A stretch of 64,000 nucleotides of DNA from Lama guanicoe (lineage: Eukaryota), in the NCBI GenBank assembly GCA_013239625.1, contig MU053482.1:2767168-2831167 (forward strand), written 5' to 3'. This document shows positions 36,611-51,230 of the stretch, one piece after another; position 1 is the first letter of the stretch, and each line of letters opens with the position of its first letter. The position numbers and the translations under genes were made by a program. Under the pieces are notes generated by a model. That model did not search any database. It was given only the letters and a program-made list of their open reading frames with translations, and had not been told where the DNA came from.

Positions 36611-37439
36611 TTGCGACAATCACCCTGATCCAACTCAACTCTGTCTTCTGCCCCTGAAACCAAGTAACTGGATGTTGCTCAAGAGAAGTCACTGCCTGGG
36701 CTGACTGCTTTTATTTAAATTTTGATTACAGACTCCAAGTGGGCCCTCCACTACTGCCTGGTGGTCCTTTCGCATTTCCCTAGTAGGGTCTCTGACTTGC
36801 CCCACACCTTGTCTGTCCTCTCTTCTCAAACCTCCAATATCCTGCTCACCCCTTAGTTCTAGCAGATAACCTCACCTCCCACACTTCATTGAGGAAGTAG
36901 AAACCAGGAGATGGGAACTCCCTCATCTTCCCACTAATGAGGTTCTAACTCTGCCGGGGATGGCTCTTTCTTCCCTTCTGTTCTGTAGAAAGAGAGATCT
37001 CTGCCCATCACTAGCCAGCCTCTCCTTCTATGCTCTGCCTCCCATTGCTCTCACCTCTTGGAGAACTCTGCTCCTTTATCCCCTCCTTTCTCCTGTGCTG
37101 TTTGAGTCAACCTACATATTCCTGTATCCCCATTTTTAACCCTCCTCAATCTTATGTGCTCTTCCGGCCCCCATCCCATTTCTTCACTCTCATTCACAGC
37201 AAAAATTCTTGAGAAAGTTGTCAACTTCCTGTGTTTCCACCTCCTCACTTCCCATTCACTCTTTTAAAGGATCAATGGCCGGTGTCTGTTTACTGACTAA
37301 ATATTACATTGGATACTTACCTGTTGAGTGTTGTTCTGTGGTCCTCAATCTCATGAGTTTATGGACAAACCCCTCAATATGGCATTTAGAGCTAGTGACA
37401 GTGCTGTGCAGAAAACAGAGGAAAGTGATAGTTTTCATG

Positions 37440-39660
37440 ACTCATGAGGACATTCTGAGCACCTACAATGCACCTGGAATAGTGTTAGGCACTGAGAATA
37501 CATCAGTGAAAAAGCAAAGGTTCCCGTCCATGCGGAGTTTACATTCTAGTTGGAGAATATAGAGAATAAACAACAGCAACAAAATGTAAAAAATGTTTAT
37601 TAGCGATGTGTGGTATATGAAAAAATAAAACTGACTACACTTCAAAAAAAAAGTTAAAAAAAAAAGAAAAAGCAGAGACAGGGAATGTATACAGGGGGGT
37701 TGTAATTTTAAGTAATGTGGTCTAGATAAGACCCCACTGAGAAGGTTATTGGAGTAAAGACCTGACAGATGAAGAGGAGTTAGTGGGGCAAATATCTGGA
37801 GGGAAGAACATTCCAGGCAGAGAAAAGAGCAGGAGCAGGGGCCTCAGGGCGTGAGCATGCCTGGCTGGTGGAGTAACTGCAGGAAACTGCAAGGAATGAC
37901 CAGAAGGCCAGTTGGCCTGGAGCTTGGTGAGCAAAGGGAATGACTAAGGATCACCAAGGGACCAGACTGTGTAGGGTGGAGTTTGGCAAACTTCTCTGTA
38001 AAGAGCCAGACAGTAAATATTTGAAGCTTTGCAGGTCACACAAGGTCTCTGTCACATGGTCTTCCTTTTCTTCTTAATTTTTAAACAGCCTTTATCACTC
38101 ATATGTGGAATCCAAAAGAAAAAGAAAAAAGAAGACACTAATGAACTTATCGACAAAACAGAAATAGACTTAGACATAATAAACTTACGGTTACTGGAGG
38201 GAAAGGGAGTGGGAAGGGATAAATTGGGAGCTGAAGATTTGCAAATATTAACTACTATATATAAAATAGCTTAAAAAACCAAATTACTTCTATATAGCAC
38301 AGGGAACTATATTCATTATCTTGTAATCTATAGTGAAAAAATATGAAAATGAATATATGTATGTATATGTATGACTGACTAATTATGCGGAACACCAGAA
38401 ATTGACATGTAACTGACTATACTTCAATTTTTAAAAAGTGTGAAGTCTTCTTTCCTCTGCAGTATAAGGATTTTGCCCACTGGCCTTAGTTTGCCATCCT
38501 CTGAGACCTTGTAGGACATTGTAAAGATTTTGTTTTCACTCTGAGTGAGATGAGAGGCCCTGGAGGATTCTGAGCAGAGGAGTGACATGACCTCTCCTAG
38601 ATTTTAAAAGGATCTCCCGGCTGTTGTGTGGAGAATAGGCTGAAGGGGTGGTGTGTGAAGTGGGAGGCGGGGACGCTAGAGTTTAGATTATATATGGGGC
38701 AAAATAAACTATCCAACTTAGAGGCTTAAACAACAAACTTTTATTATTATTCTTGGTTCTGTGGGTCAGGAATTCGGACAAAGCACAGCAGGGCTAGCAA
38801 TTTCTGCTGGGCCTAGAACGTCCCATAGGGCTCCTTCACTCACATGTGTTCACAGACAGGTGGGGTCTGGCTGCAACAGCAACACTGGGGTCATGGGTCT
38901 GGCAGCTAGGCTCTTGCTGTTGGCTGGATGACTTGGTTCACCTCTAGGTGGTCTTATAGCCTCTCCCTCTTCATGTTGTCCCTCCAACAGGGGAGCCAGA
39001 ATTCTTACATGGTAGCACAGGGCTTCCAAAAGTGTAGAAGTAAAAGCTTCCAGGCCTTTAAAGGCTTAGGCTTATCACTGGCAAGTACCAGTGCTGCACA
39101 TCCTCTTACTTAAAGCGCGAACAGGGCCAACTCAGATTTGAGGGGAGGAACCATTCAAGGACATGAATACAGTAGCTGGAGTTCCCTGGGGGGCAGGGGT
39201 ACCAAAGTGGTAGACCAACACCACTGAATTAAAAGCTATTTTAATAATTGAGGCAAGACATGATGGAGGTTTGGACCAAGGGATTAGCAATGGAGATGGT
39301 AAGGATTTCCTGGTTTCTGGACATGTTTTGCAGGTAGAGTTGAGAGGATTTGCTGATGGCATTGTATGCAGGAGTAAGACAGGAAAGAGTCAAGGATAAC
39401 TCTGAGGTTTTCAGACTGAGCATCTAGAAGAATGCCCTTTACTGAGCAGAGGACTGAGGGAGGGGCAGGGCTAGGGGAATTGTCAGGAGTTCTGATTTGG
39501 AATTTTAAGTTTGAGATTTCTATTGGCTATATACAAATTAGATATCAAGGATCAGTTGAATATGCAGGTTTGGAGCAGTCTGTTTGGATATATAATATAG
39601 TTTTCAAGTTGTCATGTTCAGGTGGTATTTAAGGCTTGGCGACAAGATGATATCACCAAG
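37440..39660 (-). mobile_element. L2 with nested MER58-like hAT (~37972-38505), L1 3' end (~38095-38432, +) and MaLR-like LTR (~38690-39215)
   Basis: Recognisable L2 body interrupted by TTGGCAAAC...GTAAATATT (MER58-like) and the L1 tail motif. Confidence 0.6.
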
Positions 39661-42600
39661 GTGGCTTAAAAGCAAGAAAGGGAAATTCTAGGTGGCAGAA
39701 ACCAAAAAAGGAGACCAAAGCTAGTATGGTGATCAGAATTCGAAGCTGGGACAGGATAGGTCTCAGGTGCTAAGGATTTTTTTTTTGATATATATATTTA
39801 TCGACATATAGTCAGCTTACAATGTTGTGTCAATTTCTGGTGTACAGCATAAGAGACGAGTTTTTAATATTATGGCAATAGGAGATGAGGCTTTGGACTT
39901 GGAAAGACTTGGAGCTGGAATGAAGTTCCCATTATAAAGTTTGAAAGAGTCCACTAAAAGTCTGGCAGAGTGAATAAAACCAGTACTCCATGGAGAAATT
40001 TCAGAACAGTGTGGACAAGGGGATGTTCCTAAAATCTTTCAAAGAGAAAACAGTTTTCTACAAAGCCTCACAGAACAGAAGACACCTTTCTTATGGAAAG
40101 CTAGGAGGCAATTGAAAAATGCCTTCAAAATACTGAGGAAAAAATTATTTTCAACTTTGAATTCTAACCCTACCAAGCTATCAAGTGAGGGTAGAAAAAA
40201 GATTTTTTCAGACATGCAAAGTCTCCCAAAATGTCACTTCCAGTGCACTTTGGGGACACAAGAGGAGAATTTGCTCTACTAAAAAAGAGGATAAACCAAA
40301 AGGGAGGAAGAATGGGAACTAGGAGCCCAGGTCTTCACCACAAGAGAGGTAAAAGAAATCCCAAAACGGATGGTGAGTGGAGAATCCAAGATGACGATGA
40401 TGGTGCAGGCTTGGAGGACAACAAGCTCATACTGGAACAAGTCAGAAAGTTCCAGAGAGATTTTAAGTAGATGGGATAGATAGCATGCTTAAAGGTAGTA
40501 AGTGCACTTAAGAGGAGATTTACATAGCTGATGGAACATTTGAAGATACATTCGGATAAGGACATAGAAACTAAGCAAATAAAGATCTACTTTTATTTTA
40601 AAAGGGAAAACAAAACTAAAACTAAAAATTGCCAGTTGATTGTAATATGCATCATGATTTCAGAGATGTTAAAATGTAATCAAATGTACATGTTAGAGTC
40701 AAAATCCAGAAGTAGGTCCTTTGCCTGTGAATGATAAGAATTTCTGTTTTTATATGCTGAGATTCACCTCCCCTAATACTCTTGGATAATAATTTGACTG
40801 AATCTAAATTTCTTTCATTCCTAAAGCTTTTTGTTCAATTCTGGAAAAAAAAAAACAACAGAATTTTTCTTTTCAGATATTGCTTTTCCCGCCATTTCTT
40901 TTGATTCTCTTTCTCTGGAACTCCTATTATATAGATATTTAAACATTGAAATCTGTTCTCCATGTTGTTAATACTGTTTGTTTCTGTCTATCTCATTCTG
41001 TTTTGTGGCTGAGTCCCTCAGTTCTCTCTTCAAATTCTCTAATTTACTCTTTGAGCATTTTCAAATCTAAAGTTTCTCCCGTTATGGCCTTTTAGATGTC
41101 AATTAAGGTATCTTTCATTTCAAGGATTTCTAATTGGTTATTGTTCATATTGCTTCATTTCAGTTTATTTTCGCTTAATAATTTCCTTTTGAAATGGAAG
41201 GCATGCATTCATCTCTGAACATTTTCAACATTTATTGTAAAGTCTTTTTATATGCTTTTATAAATTTCTAGTGGAAAATTTCTCAACTTTCCAGTGGAAA
41301 TTTGAGAAAATTTCTGATCTGATGGTTAATTTCAAGGGCTATCTTTCTCACCAAGGAGGTTCTCTCATATGAATTGGAATTACGGTTTGCAGGCTCTTTT
41401 TGTGTGAGAAAAGATTTGTTTTTGTTTGATTTCTCTCTTTCTGACTTTCCTCTCATCCCTTCTCAGGATACAACCCTCTGGCCTCCACCTGGAGCCAGGG
41501 CTTTGGATCACAATCCTCCATCCCCAGATATTAGGAATATGGTGGATCTAGTCAAGGGCCAGTAGACAACTTGACAATTTCTGCCAGCAAGGTGTCCTCA
41601 CCTTCCCAGGCTCTAACAAAGCCAGAGTCCACAGATTGACAGCTGTTTTCTTCAACTTGTTTTCACAAGCAGTGGTGCCTACAGCAGCCTCTGGTATCAC
41701 GCTGTGAGTTTCAGAGCTGAACGCTCACCCAGCTGCCAATGTCCAGCTTCTAGACTTAGAGCCCCACGAGCCTGAGACATCAGCCCCACTGATCTTACTG
41801 TGATTCTATTTTATTTCTGGCTTGTGGATATATGTAAGGGTCCATCTATACCTTTTAAAAATCATTTTTGTATTTTAAATGTCATGGCAGGCTATGTATT
41901 TTTCAATTAAAGGGATCTTTTGGATATAAAAACTCACTTCCTTGTGTTGACTTCAATCTCCTCACACCTGCTTTCTATCCTCCAGCCCTCATCTGAAACT
42001 GCTAAGTCAAAGGCACTGATGATCCCTAGGCTGCCAAACCCAGTGGATATTTCCCTGTCCTAATTGTACTTAGCCATTGGCAGCTTCTGATATAACTGTT
42101 TCGTTCTTAAAACATCACTGTCTGCTTGTCTACCCAGTATTCTCCTGATTCTCATTCTCCTTGTCCTCTGCAGCTCAATAGATCAGCAATCTTAAGACAT
42201 TCCTTTGTCTTCCGGCATTTACTGTTGCTGATGATTGACTTGCTAAAGTCTGTTAGTCTTTTTGTAGTTACTTGTCTTTTTCCACAGGTTGCTTTTAAGA
42301 TTTTTGTTTCTTATATTTGATTTTTTTTTAAACCATGATGTCTAGGTATGAATTTGTTTGTATTTTTCTCAATATTTTGTGACCCACACCTGATGGGTAG
42401 TGTGTGTTCAGGTCCCAAACCAGTGCAGAAACAGGCTTGGGTTCCAGTTTGACATCAATGATTCTTTTTCTGCCTGTGGCCCAGGCTAGTGGCAAACTTC
42501 CCTGCTCCTTCTCCAGGCTGGTAAGCAGAGTTCTTCTATCCTTCTATAGGGAGAAGGTAGGACTTTTGCTTCAACTCCAGGTCTTGTCAGGGCTCAAGGC

Positions 42601-43540
42601 CTCATTTTCTGTTGCCACGGCTCCATTAAAATCCCATTACTTAAAAAATCCCCCCAAAACAAAAACAAACCCAAACTAAACAAAAACCCCCTAAACCCAG
42701 CCATAATCACTAAGGCCTATCTTTTCTCAGCTTTGCATTCTGCTTACCATGCTGACTTTGGGTTCCCTTTTGATTTCTGGCACCTGGGAATTTCCCTTCC
42801 TCAGTCTCAGGTACATCTTAAGAAAAAACTATCCAGCATTCCTCTTCGTGCGAGTGGTGAGTCTTGCTTCAGTTTCGTCAGCTTGCCTTGGTTTCAAGAC
42901 ACTATTTTGGAACTCAAAGCCAAGAATTTGACTCTCTCCTCACTGGGTCTTTTAAATCCTCTTTTTTTGTGTGTTAATAAACCTCATCCCCAAGATTTCG
43001 TATAACTAAGCTAGCCAAACTGAGCTCCAGTCAGTTGAAGCCAGTCTTCAATACAGTGGGGCTTGGGAATTTCTGACCTTCAGGATAAAGTTCAAGTTCC
43101 CCAAACATTCAGACCCTATGTTCCTAACTCTGTTTCCTGTTACCCTTCTTATATAGCCCGTGCTTTTGACAAACCAGAGTGTTTGTGGTTCTCCATTTAC
43201 CCCTGAGCTTTCTCACATCCATGACCTTGCCTGTGATGAGCCATAATTCTTTTGCCATCACTGCAGGCCAAATCCAGCCTGTCTCCCAAAGTCCAGCTCA
43301 ACCGGTGCTCCTGTGAAGCCTGGCTAATCTTCCTGGTCTAAAGTTATCTGTGCTTCCTCTGGTTTTCTGTTACTGAGGGAGGCAGCTGTGATGCAAAGGA
43401 CTAAATTTTTGAATTGATATGAGAACCTAGTTCTGCTACTCCTTAGCTATCGTTTTTTTAACCTGCCTGAGCTTCAATTTTTCATATATAAAGCAGAGAT
43501 CAAATATCTATCCCATAGAGTTAAAGTTTCTTTTATGACT

Positions 43541-44060
43541 TTTTAAAATTGAAGTATAATTGATTTACAATGTTGTGTTAGTTTTTGGTGTACAGCACAG
43601 TGAGTTAGTTATACTATATATATAAATCTACTCTTTTTCATATTCTTTTCAATTATAGGTTATGACAAGCCATTGAATATAGTTCCCTGTGCTATACAGT
43701 AGGACCATGTTGTTTATGACTATTTTGTTTTTTTTCCCAAATAGTTAATGAATGAATGGAATGCTTTATTAGTTTCATACAGTGCTTATTAAATGACCAT
43801 ATACTTGGCAGTTTACAGCAACATCTATTTATTATTTCAAACCTCATTTGTGACTGCTTTTTCTTCCTTTTGCATTATTTTTTATTGAAGTATAATCAGT
43901 TTATGATGTTGTGTCAATTTCTGGTGTACAGCACAATGCTTTGGTCATACATGAATATACATATATTCGTTTTCATATTCTTTTTCACCATAAGCTACTA
44001 CAAGATATCGAATATATTTCCCTGTGCTGTGCTGTGTTGATCTATTTTATACATACTAGT
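43541..44060 (-). mobile_element. Two short L1 3'-end insertions (~43541-43712, ~43875-44059)
   Basis: L1 tail motif, with flanking direct repeats TTTATGACT and TGTGACT(G/A)CTTTT. Confidence 0.75.
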
Positions 44061-47000
44061 GTGACTACTTTTCATGATTCCACTTTTTTTTTGGATTGTT
44101 TTTGTTTTGAGTGACAGAAAAACCCAAACCAAATTGGCTTCTGACAAAAGAGCATTGATTGGTTTATGTAGGTGAAAAGTCTAGGGACAGAGATGGCTTC
44201 AGGCATGGGTGAATTCAAAGCTCAGATGATTTGGTCAAGAGTCTGTATCTCTCCTTCTCTCAGCTCTGCCTTTTGCTCTGTCACCTTCAGGCTCAGGTTC
44301 AGAGTGGCAAGATGGCTGGCAGCAGTCCCAGAACCCACAGCCTTTGTGCTTCAAGTCCAGCAGACAAGCTTGAGAACCCCTTTCTCAGAAGTCCCAGCTA
44401 AATTTGCATTGCTCTTAGTGGATCACATTCCCATCCCCAAGGTGGTCACTATGGCTAGGAGAACCTGGTGCTTGGATTGCCTGGGGCCCAGGAGACTTGT
44501 TCGGCCTCAGACCCTGGGGTGCAACCCTTGCAGCAGCACACGGGAAGAGAGTGGGTGCGTGCAGGTTCTTCACTGAGAAGTCAGGGTCCCTTTGCCAGAA
44601 GGGAGAAAGGATGCTGAATGAGAAAACGATATCTGTCCTCCATAGGTTTGCCGAGCATCAAATGAGATCATCTAAGGAAACTGACTTCAGAAAGCCCCGT
44701 TCAAGTACCCACGTGATGACTAGTCCTTGGCTGTCTCTCTTATGGCACGTAGCACTTCCTCCCTTCTATTACTGTTATCGAGTTCATGCTTAATCTCCCC
44801 TACTGCATCCTGAGCAACTAGCGAGCAGGGTCTGTGGCTCAGACATATTTAAAGCGTTTTACCACTTCTCTCACTCAGCACACAGAAAATAGAATGTCCT
44901 CAATAAATGACTGTGGAATAACCGAATGAGTCTAACATTCAAAGCATTCCCCAGAATTGTGTTAATCCCTAGGCCAAACTTTAGAAGACTTGGGAGAACT
45001 TTGCTTGTTCATTGCAGTCATAGGTATGTCAGTTCTAGCTTTTTTCACAGTGTGTGAGGAGCAGGGTGAGAAATAATTTCCAGAAGGTGTGTTCTTGCAT
45101 TGATTTACTGACCTGGCCAACCGAAGGCATTGACCAGCAGGGCAGGTTTGAGGCTCTGCTTTGAGGAAGTTTTGAGTTTAATTAAAGGAACTAGGTCTCA
45201 GATCTGGTGGAGCAGCTGGAAGCCCAGCCCAGGGAATCTGCTCTCCTGTGTCCCCGTGGTTGTATTCATTTCCTTAGATTTCCTCTCAGAACATGCAGCC
45301 TGGAGCTTCCGGGGCCATACTGGAGTTTAGGTAATGAACTCTTGAAAGAGGGGATGAAGGACCCAGGTAACTTGAAATAGTCTACAGGCTACAGGTGACC
45401 CCTGCTCCAGAGCTGTCCTGGACCTGCTTTTCTTTGCAGTAAAGACACAAACCCTTTTCAGCCACAAGTGTTAAGTAGGAAAGGTGATGTGGCTTCACAT
45501 ATACTGTATGGAGGCTGTAGGGACCCACTGATTTTCTACCTGCCCTCTCTTCTGTTGTGGCAATGATGCTAATCCAGGAACCTGGGCCCTAACAGGACAG
45601 AAACAACAGGGACAGTTTTTTAGAGAAGGAAAGTTACCTGGTTACAGGTATTCTGAACGTGGGACATAAGCACTGGACTAAACTGCACAGTCATTGTTGG
45701 AAACAGTGTTTCAGCTCCTGTATATCACAGAAAATTGCTGGAGGAGTGGGGGAAATGAAAATTATCCAAGGGCACTGTTAGCAAGTCAGGAGTCACCAAG
45801 GAAAATCTGAGCTGCGCGGGGCAGCACAAGCTGGGTGTTGCTTAAAAGGAACTCCCTGTTCACTGCCTTCACTTCCTGGACTATCCAAGTCTGTGCAAAT
45901 TCATTTCTGGAAGGATATCTTTGACCTGCCCTGCCCTTTGTGTCTCTGTCACTTACCCAGTTGGCATTTTATCTCTCTTCCTGACCCTGGCTTCCTCTCT
46001 GGGGCTCGGCAATGTTCTCACAACTCTTTTGCGTAATGCTCCCCTTGCCTGAATCTGCTGTTCGGTCTCTCTTCCCCACAGGGAGCCACGTGTGCTCTGC
46101 CCGGGGACCTGTGGCAGCCTGGCCTTAGAGAAAGGGCTTGGACACAGGGGTGGGTTCTAATTCTAGCTGTGCCATGTTTTTAATAGGATGAAACTGAGCA
46201 AGCTACTTCATTTCTCTGAGGTTCCATTTCCTCATCTGTCAAATGGGTATGATTTACCTGATTGGGTTTTGATGAGGATTTGATCAGATAAAGGACCCAA
46301 GACAGCAAGCGGGTTGCCACCCCTCTCTGTGGCAGCTCTTATGAAGAGAGATGAGCATGACGGAGTGGACACCACCTTCCCACCTCACCAGCGATAGCAG
46401 TGATAGCATCTGAGCAACAGAATCAGGCGGTTACCGTAGCAAAAAAGTCCTGCAGAGAGGGAGCTCCACTTCCTCCTTTGTAACCTACTCTAATGTTTCA
46501 CGGTCTGTTAGTCAGGAAATTATTCTTAATATCTAGCCTAAGTTCCTCCTGCTACCACGTGTCACATCACAGTTGTTTTAAAATAACACACAAATAGACC
46601 CATGAAAATGAGCAGATTTTTTCTATGAGTCAGAGGCATTCACAGGCCTTGGATTTACTCTTACCTTTGAGAAACCAGGGAATATTTGTGGTGTGACCCT
46701 GCAGACCAGCGACTGTGCTGCGCTATGTGAGAAAGCTTCAGAGAGGTGTGACAAAACTCTCTTGAGACTCATGTGTCTTTTGGACCGGCAGTCTTAGTCT
46801 CTCTCTGTTTAATTTTTTGCGAGTGAATGACTGATCCTAATTTATAAAGCCTGGGAACACAGCAAAGGAATTTAGTAGGACTGATCATGTTGGTAGCTAA
46901 TCACAAATACGTAACTTGGCTCTGGCAAGGATGGAAATAAAAAATGTGTGTTGCTTTTTGACATTTAAGCAGTTGACACTAACCAGCCACATGCAACAGA

Positions 47001-48391
47001 TTATTTCATTCAATTATACGCGTGCATTTTGCAGCTAATATTTCTTGCTGGGCTATTACCATCAATCACATCTTTTCAGCTATGTGGCCCCAAATCTAAG
47101 TGTCTAAGAAGCTCCTGTGGGAGGGAAATGTTTGCAGACTTTCACATATATCCACTATATGGATGTGCTCCAAATCTATGGGCCGAGGTTGCAAACTGGC
47201 TCCCTGTGGACCGCAACCAGCCTGTAGATGTGTTCTATTTGGCCCCACAGTGTTTTGGTTTTGTTTTTTAAGTTGAATTGGTGGCCCTAATCTAAAACTT
47301 CCCATGATTCACATGATCCAGGTTTCTGGCCTTTCTTGAAAAGGAGGAGATCCGGCAACACTGAAGCTGCATTTCCTCACAGTAGCATCACCCCGGTCTG
47401 AGTGGAGATGCTCCCAGTAGATGGAACCACCATTTCCGACCGCTTCACTCCCAGTCAGTTTCCTTCCTGTATGGATCCTGCCTGGGCCCTGAAGGCATTT
47501 GAACTGGGGACTCCTGGCCTGCGAAGTCCCCTTTGGTCATTGATAAGAGAGCCCAGCTGCTAGTGATCTGTTCCTTTGGGCTCTCTTATCTCTCTTCCTC
47601 CACCAGAAGCCACGATTTGTGATTCCTGCAGATGCCAGCAGAAATCAGTTGTGATACTAGCAGAAATCAGTGTTTGTGATTCCTGCAGCTATGTCTTCCC
47701 TGAGTTGATAACAGATGCCACAGTTGAAGATGTGTGTCTTGTTTGCAGTAGGTTCTCATACTAGGATCAACGGCATGAACCCCTCTGAAATTTGCCTCAC
47801 TGCACTGTGCCTAGGTTCTTCAGAGTCCAAGGGCTTCTGTCTGTGCAGAGGAACACTCTCCACAACTTCCAGTGTAACTGATGCTTAGTTTATCAAATTT
47901 ATATGCCTAATAAACAAAGCAAGCCTAATAAATAAAAAAAAATTTCTTAAACTACATTTTTACATTTAAATCTTGTTATAAATTGTTTCTTTGGGATGAA
48001 AATAACAGAAAGCCCTGACTGAAAATGGCTTAAACAATAAGGAAATGTATGACCTCACATAGCACAAAGCCCTGAGGTGGGGTAGGCTGTGGGCGCGATG
48101 TGCCAGGTTGTAGCTCCACTCTGTTATGATTCTCTTGGTTCTGCCCTTCTCTGTGGACTGGCAGCGCCCTCGGGCTTGCAACAGGGTGGCTGCTGCAGTG
48201 ACGTTATCGTATCCAGACACAACAATTCAGAGGAGGAAGTGGGACTCATTCCCTTTTTTGGGACTGTGGAACCCTCTCCAAGAAGCTCCACCATGGACTT
48301 TAACTCCCATCTCATTGGCCAGAGTTGTGTCACATGCCTGCTCTTAAACCAATCACTGGCAAGAAGGATGGGATTGCCAATTGGCTTTTAC

Positions 48392-48838
48392 TACACTGCT
48401 GGTGGGAATGCAGTTTGGTGCAGCCACTGTGGAAAACAGTATGGAGATTCCTCAAAAGACTACGAATAGACTTACCACATGACCCAGGAATCCTGCTCCT
48501 GGGCATATATCCAGAAGGAACCCTACTTCAAAATGACACCTGTACCCCAATGTTCATAGCAGCACTATTTTCAATAACCAAGATATGAAAACAGCCTAAA
48601 TGTCCATCGACAGATGACTGGATAAAGAAGATGTGAATTGTAGAACAGATAAACACGATTATACTGTATAGCACAGGGAACTATATACAAGATCCTATGG
48701 TAGCTCATGGAGAAAAAAAATGTGACAATGAATATATGTATGTTCACGTATAACTGAAAAATTGTCCAGTGCTCTACACTGGAATTTGATTCAACATTGT
48801 AAAATGACTATAACTCAATAAAAAATGTTAAAAAAATT
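48392..48838 (+). mobile_element. L1 3' fragment (ORF2 end + shortened 3' UTR)
   Basis: [21 protein letters not shown]...[10 protein letters not shown]. Tail AATAAAAAATGTTAAAAAA. Confidence 0.85.
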
Positions 48839-49176
48839 AAGTACACAATTCAGCGGCTTTTAATATATTTACAGACTTGTGCCACCATCACCTTAGTCAA
48901 TTTTAGAACATTTTCATCATTCCAATAGGAAAGCCATTAGGAGTCATTCCCCATTTACACCCCTCCTCCAAGCCCTAGACAACCACCAGTCTGTTTTCTG
49001 TTTCTATGAATTTGCCTGTTCTGGATGTTTGTTACAAATGGAATCATACACTATGTGGTGTCTGGGGCCCTTTGAATCACTAAACTTTATTTGCTGTATC
49101 GGTGGCACTTATCATGCCTATACCTTTTGCAGGGGATTTCCTGAATTACGCATTTTAAAGTTTTGCTTAGTCAGTA

Positions 49177-49691
49177 CAGGTATAACTCATTTTATTGTGC
49201 TTTGCTTTGCCTTATGGAGCTTCGCAGGTACTGCTTTTTACAAATTGAATGTTTGTGGCAGATTTGCGCTGAGCAAGTCAACAGCACCATTTTCCCCATA
49301 GCATTTGCTCACATCACGTCTCTGGGTCACATTTCAATAATTCTCACAACATTTCAAACTTTTTCATTATTACTGTATTTTTATGGTGATCGATGATCAG
49401 TGATCTTCAATATTACTATTGCATAAAGATTACGACTCACTGAAGGCTCAGGGGATGGTTAACATTTTTTAGCACTAAAGCACTTTTAACTTAAGGTATG
49501 TACATTGGTTTTTCAGACATAATGCTATTGCACACTTAATAGACTACAGTATAGTGTGAACACAACTTTCTATGCATTGGGAAGCCAAAAAATTCCTGTG
49601 ACTCACTTTATTGCCATATTCGCTGTATTGCAATATATGCTTTTTTGTGGTGGTCTGGATCTGAACCCACAGTGTCTCTGAGGTCTGCCTG
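49177..49691 (+). mobile_element. Internally deleted Tigger1 (non-autonomous)
   Basis: TA|CAGGTATAACTC...GAGGTCTGCCTG|TA. Both termini match the recalled Tigger1 TIR CAGGCATACCTC. Confidence 0.85.
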
Positions 49692-50685
49692 TATGATATA
49701 ATTGGTTGTACTGTCTTTGTACATTGACCTAGTTTTTGGAATGACTGGAAATATAAATGTTCCTTATATATTAAGCACTCATTCCCTTCCTTTCTTCCTC
49801 CATGCCATCCTTCCTTTCCCTCTTCCTTTCTTCCTCCCACAAATAAGAGTTGAGATCATCTCTGTATCAGATATTGTGCCAGGCACTGGGAATTCAACAA
49901 AGGACGTGCAGGTAGGCTCTTCCCCTCATGGACTTAGAGTTGGGTGCAGGTCCTGTTGTTTCTGCTGATGACTTGAGGAGGCCAGGCCATGTGGATGCTG
50001 CTTGGTACCACTCCAGAACTGCTCAGAGTAGCTCCTTCTTATAATTCCAATCTTTCCCCATCTCTCCTATCATCTAACCTTTGACATACTATCTTCAACT
50101 GTACAATTACCACCATTCATGCAAACTTTTCCATATGTGCTTATTTATCTTATCACAATAACAGCTCATGAAATATGTATCAGATTTGCTTTGTCACCAA
50201 GTTTCATTTGATTACAACAGTAAACTGTTCATTTATTTCGTATTTATACTTAGATTCTTTACAAAAAAGGATTAAAATTGAAACAGAACACAGGTCATTT
50301 ATAAATAGTCAAGATATAGATCCTAACAGCTAACTGGAAAATTTTTCTTACAGTTGAGCACTAAATTTATTATAGGTCAAAAAAGAACGCAAACAAATTT
50401 GCATCAATGAAGAGACTTCTGAATGGGGATAGATGATTCAAATAAAGGTTATAAAAGAGAAGAGATTATAATAATAGATTTGATGAAGGACTAAAAAATT
50501 AAGTAAGTATATAGTATATTAAATAACTATATTTTCACATTAGAATAATTTAAACTTGGATAAAAATGGAAAGATTTAATGCAAACTGATGGAGACTTAG
50601 AAAGAAAAATATTCTTAACGTTTGTCACTTGGAAACAACCTTACTAACTACTAAGTAGATTCGCACACCCAAAATCCAGATTTTG

Positions 50686-50837
50686 ATCCCATTCTTTATT
50701 TATTTTTTTTCTTTTATTGAAGGGGTAATTAGGTTTATTTGTTTTTTTTATTTAATGGAGGTACTAGAGATTGAACCCAGGACCTCATACATGTTAGGCA
50801 GACACTCTGCCACTGAGCTATACCCTCCACCCCTCTA
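50686..50837 (-). mobile_element. tRNA-Ala-derived SINE with 15-bp TSD
   Basis: TSD AAAATCCAGATTTTG at 50671-50685 and 50838-50852. Confidence 0.92.
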
Positions 50838-51230
50838 AAAATCCAGATTTTGGATTCTGCTATGCTCCTTAAAAAAAGCCATGGCTTTTTAAAGCATAGC
50901 CAATTTCACATCTTGAAATAGGGAAAAACCAGGAGGAGCTTGTAACATCCAAGAAAAGGATGCTTCCAAAAATATTTGAAATAGTGCTGATTAGACGATG
51001 AAGCCATGTTGTGATTCTTTTGAGCATCAAGAAAGAATAATAATTACAATTAATTATAACATTTGTAAAGTCCATGAGTCAAAGTGAAAAGTTTTAAAGA
51101 AGTATATAAAAAGGTAATTATAACACAAAAGGAGGCTAAATATAATAAAATATATTTAAATTACTATTTTCAAAGTAGGTGCTAATATTTTTGGCCGCTT
51201 TGTTTCTTTTCGTAAGTATATTTTGTGTCC

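Noticed and set aside
45000..47100. Possible SWAP70 enhancer (repeat-poor, AP-1 TGAGTCA at 46626-46632)
   Set aside because: Short motifs occur at chance frequency and cannot be supported without chromatin or conservation data.
47615..47690. Short interspersed direct repeats (TTTGTGATTCCTGCAG, AGCAGAAATCAGT), superficially array-like
   Set aside because: Only two copies of each, with no regular spacers. These are slippage duplications, as is the 15-bp tandem at 21082-21111, not CRISPR-like arrays.
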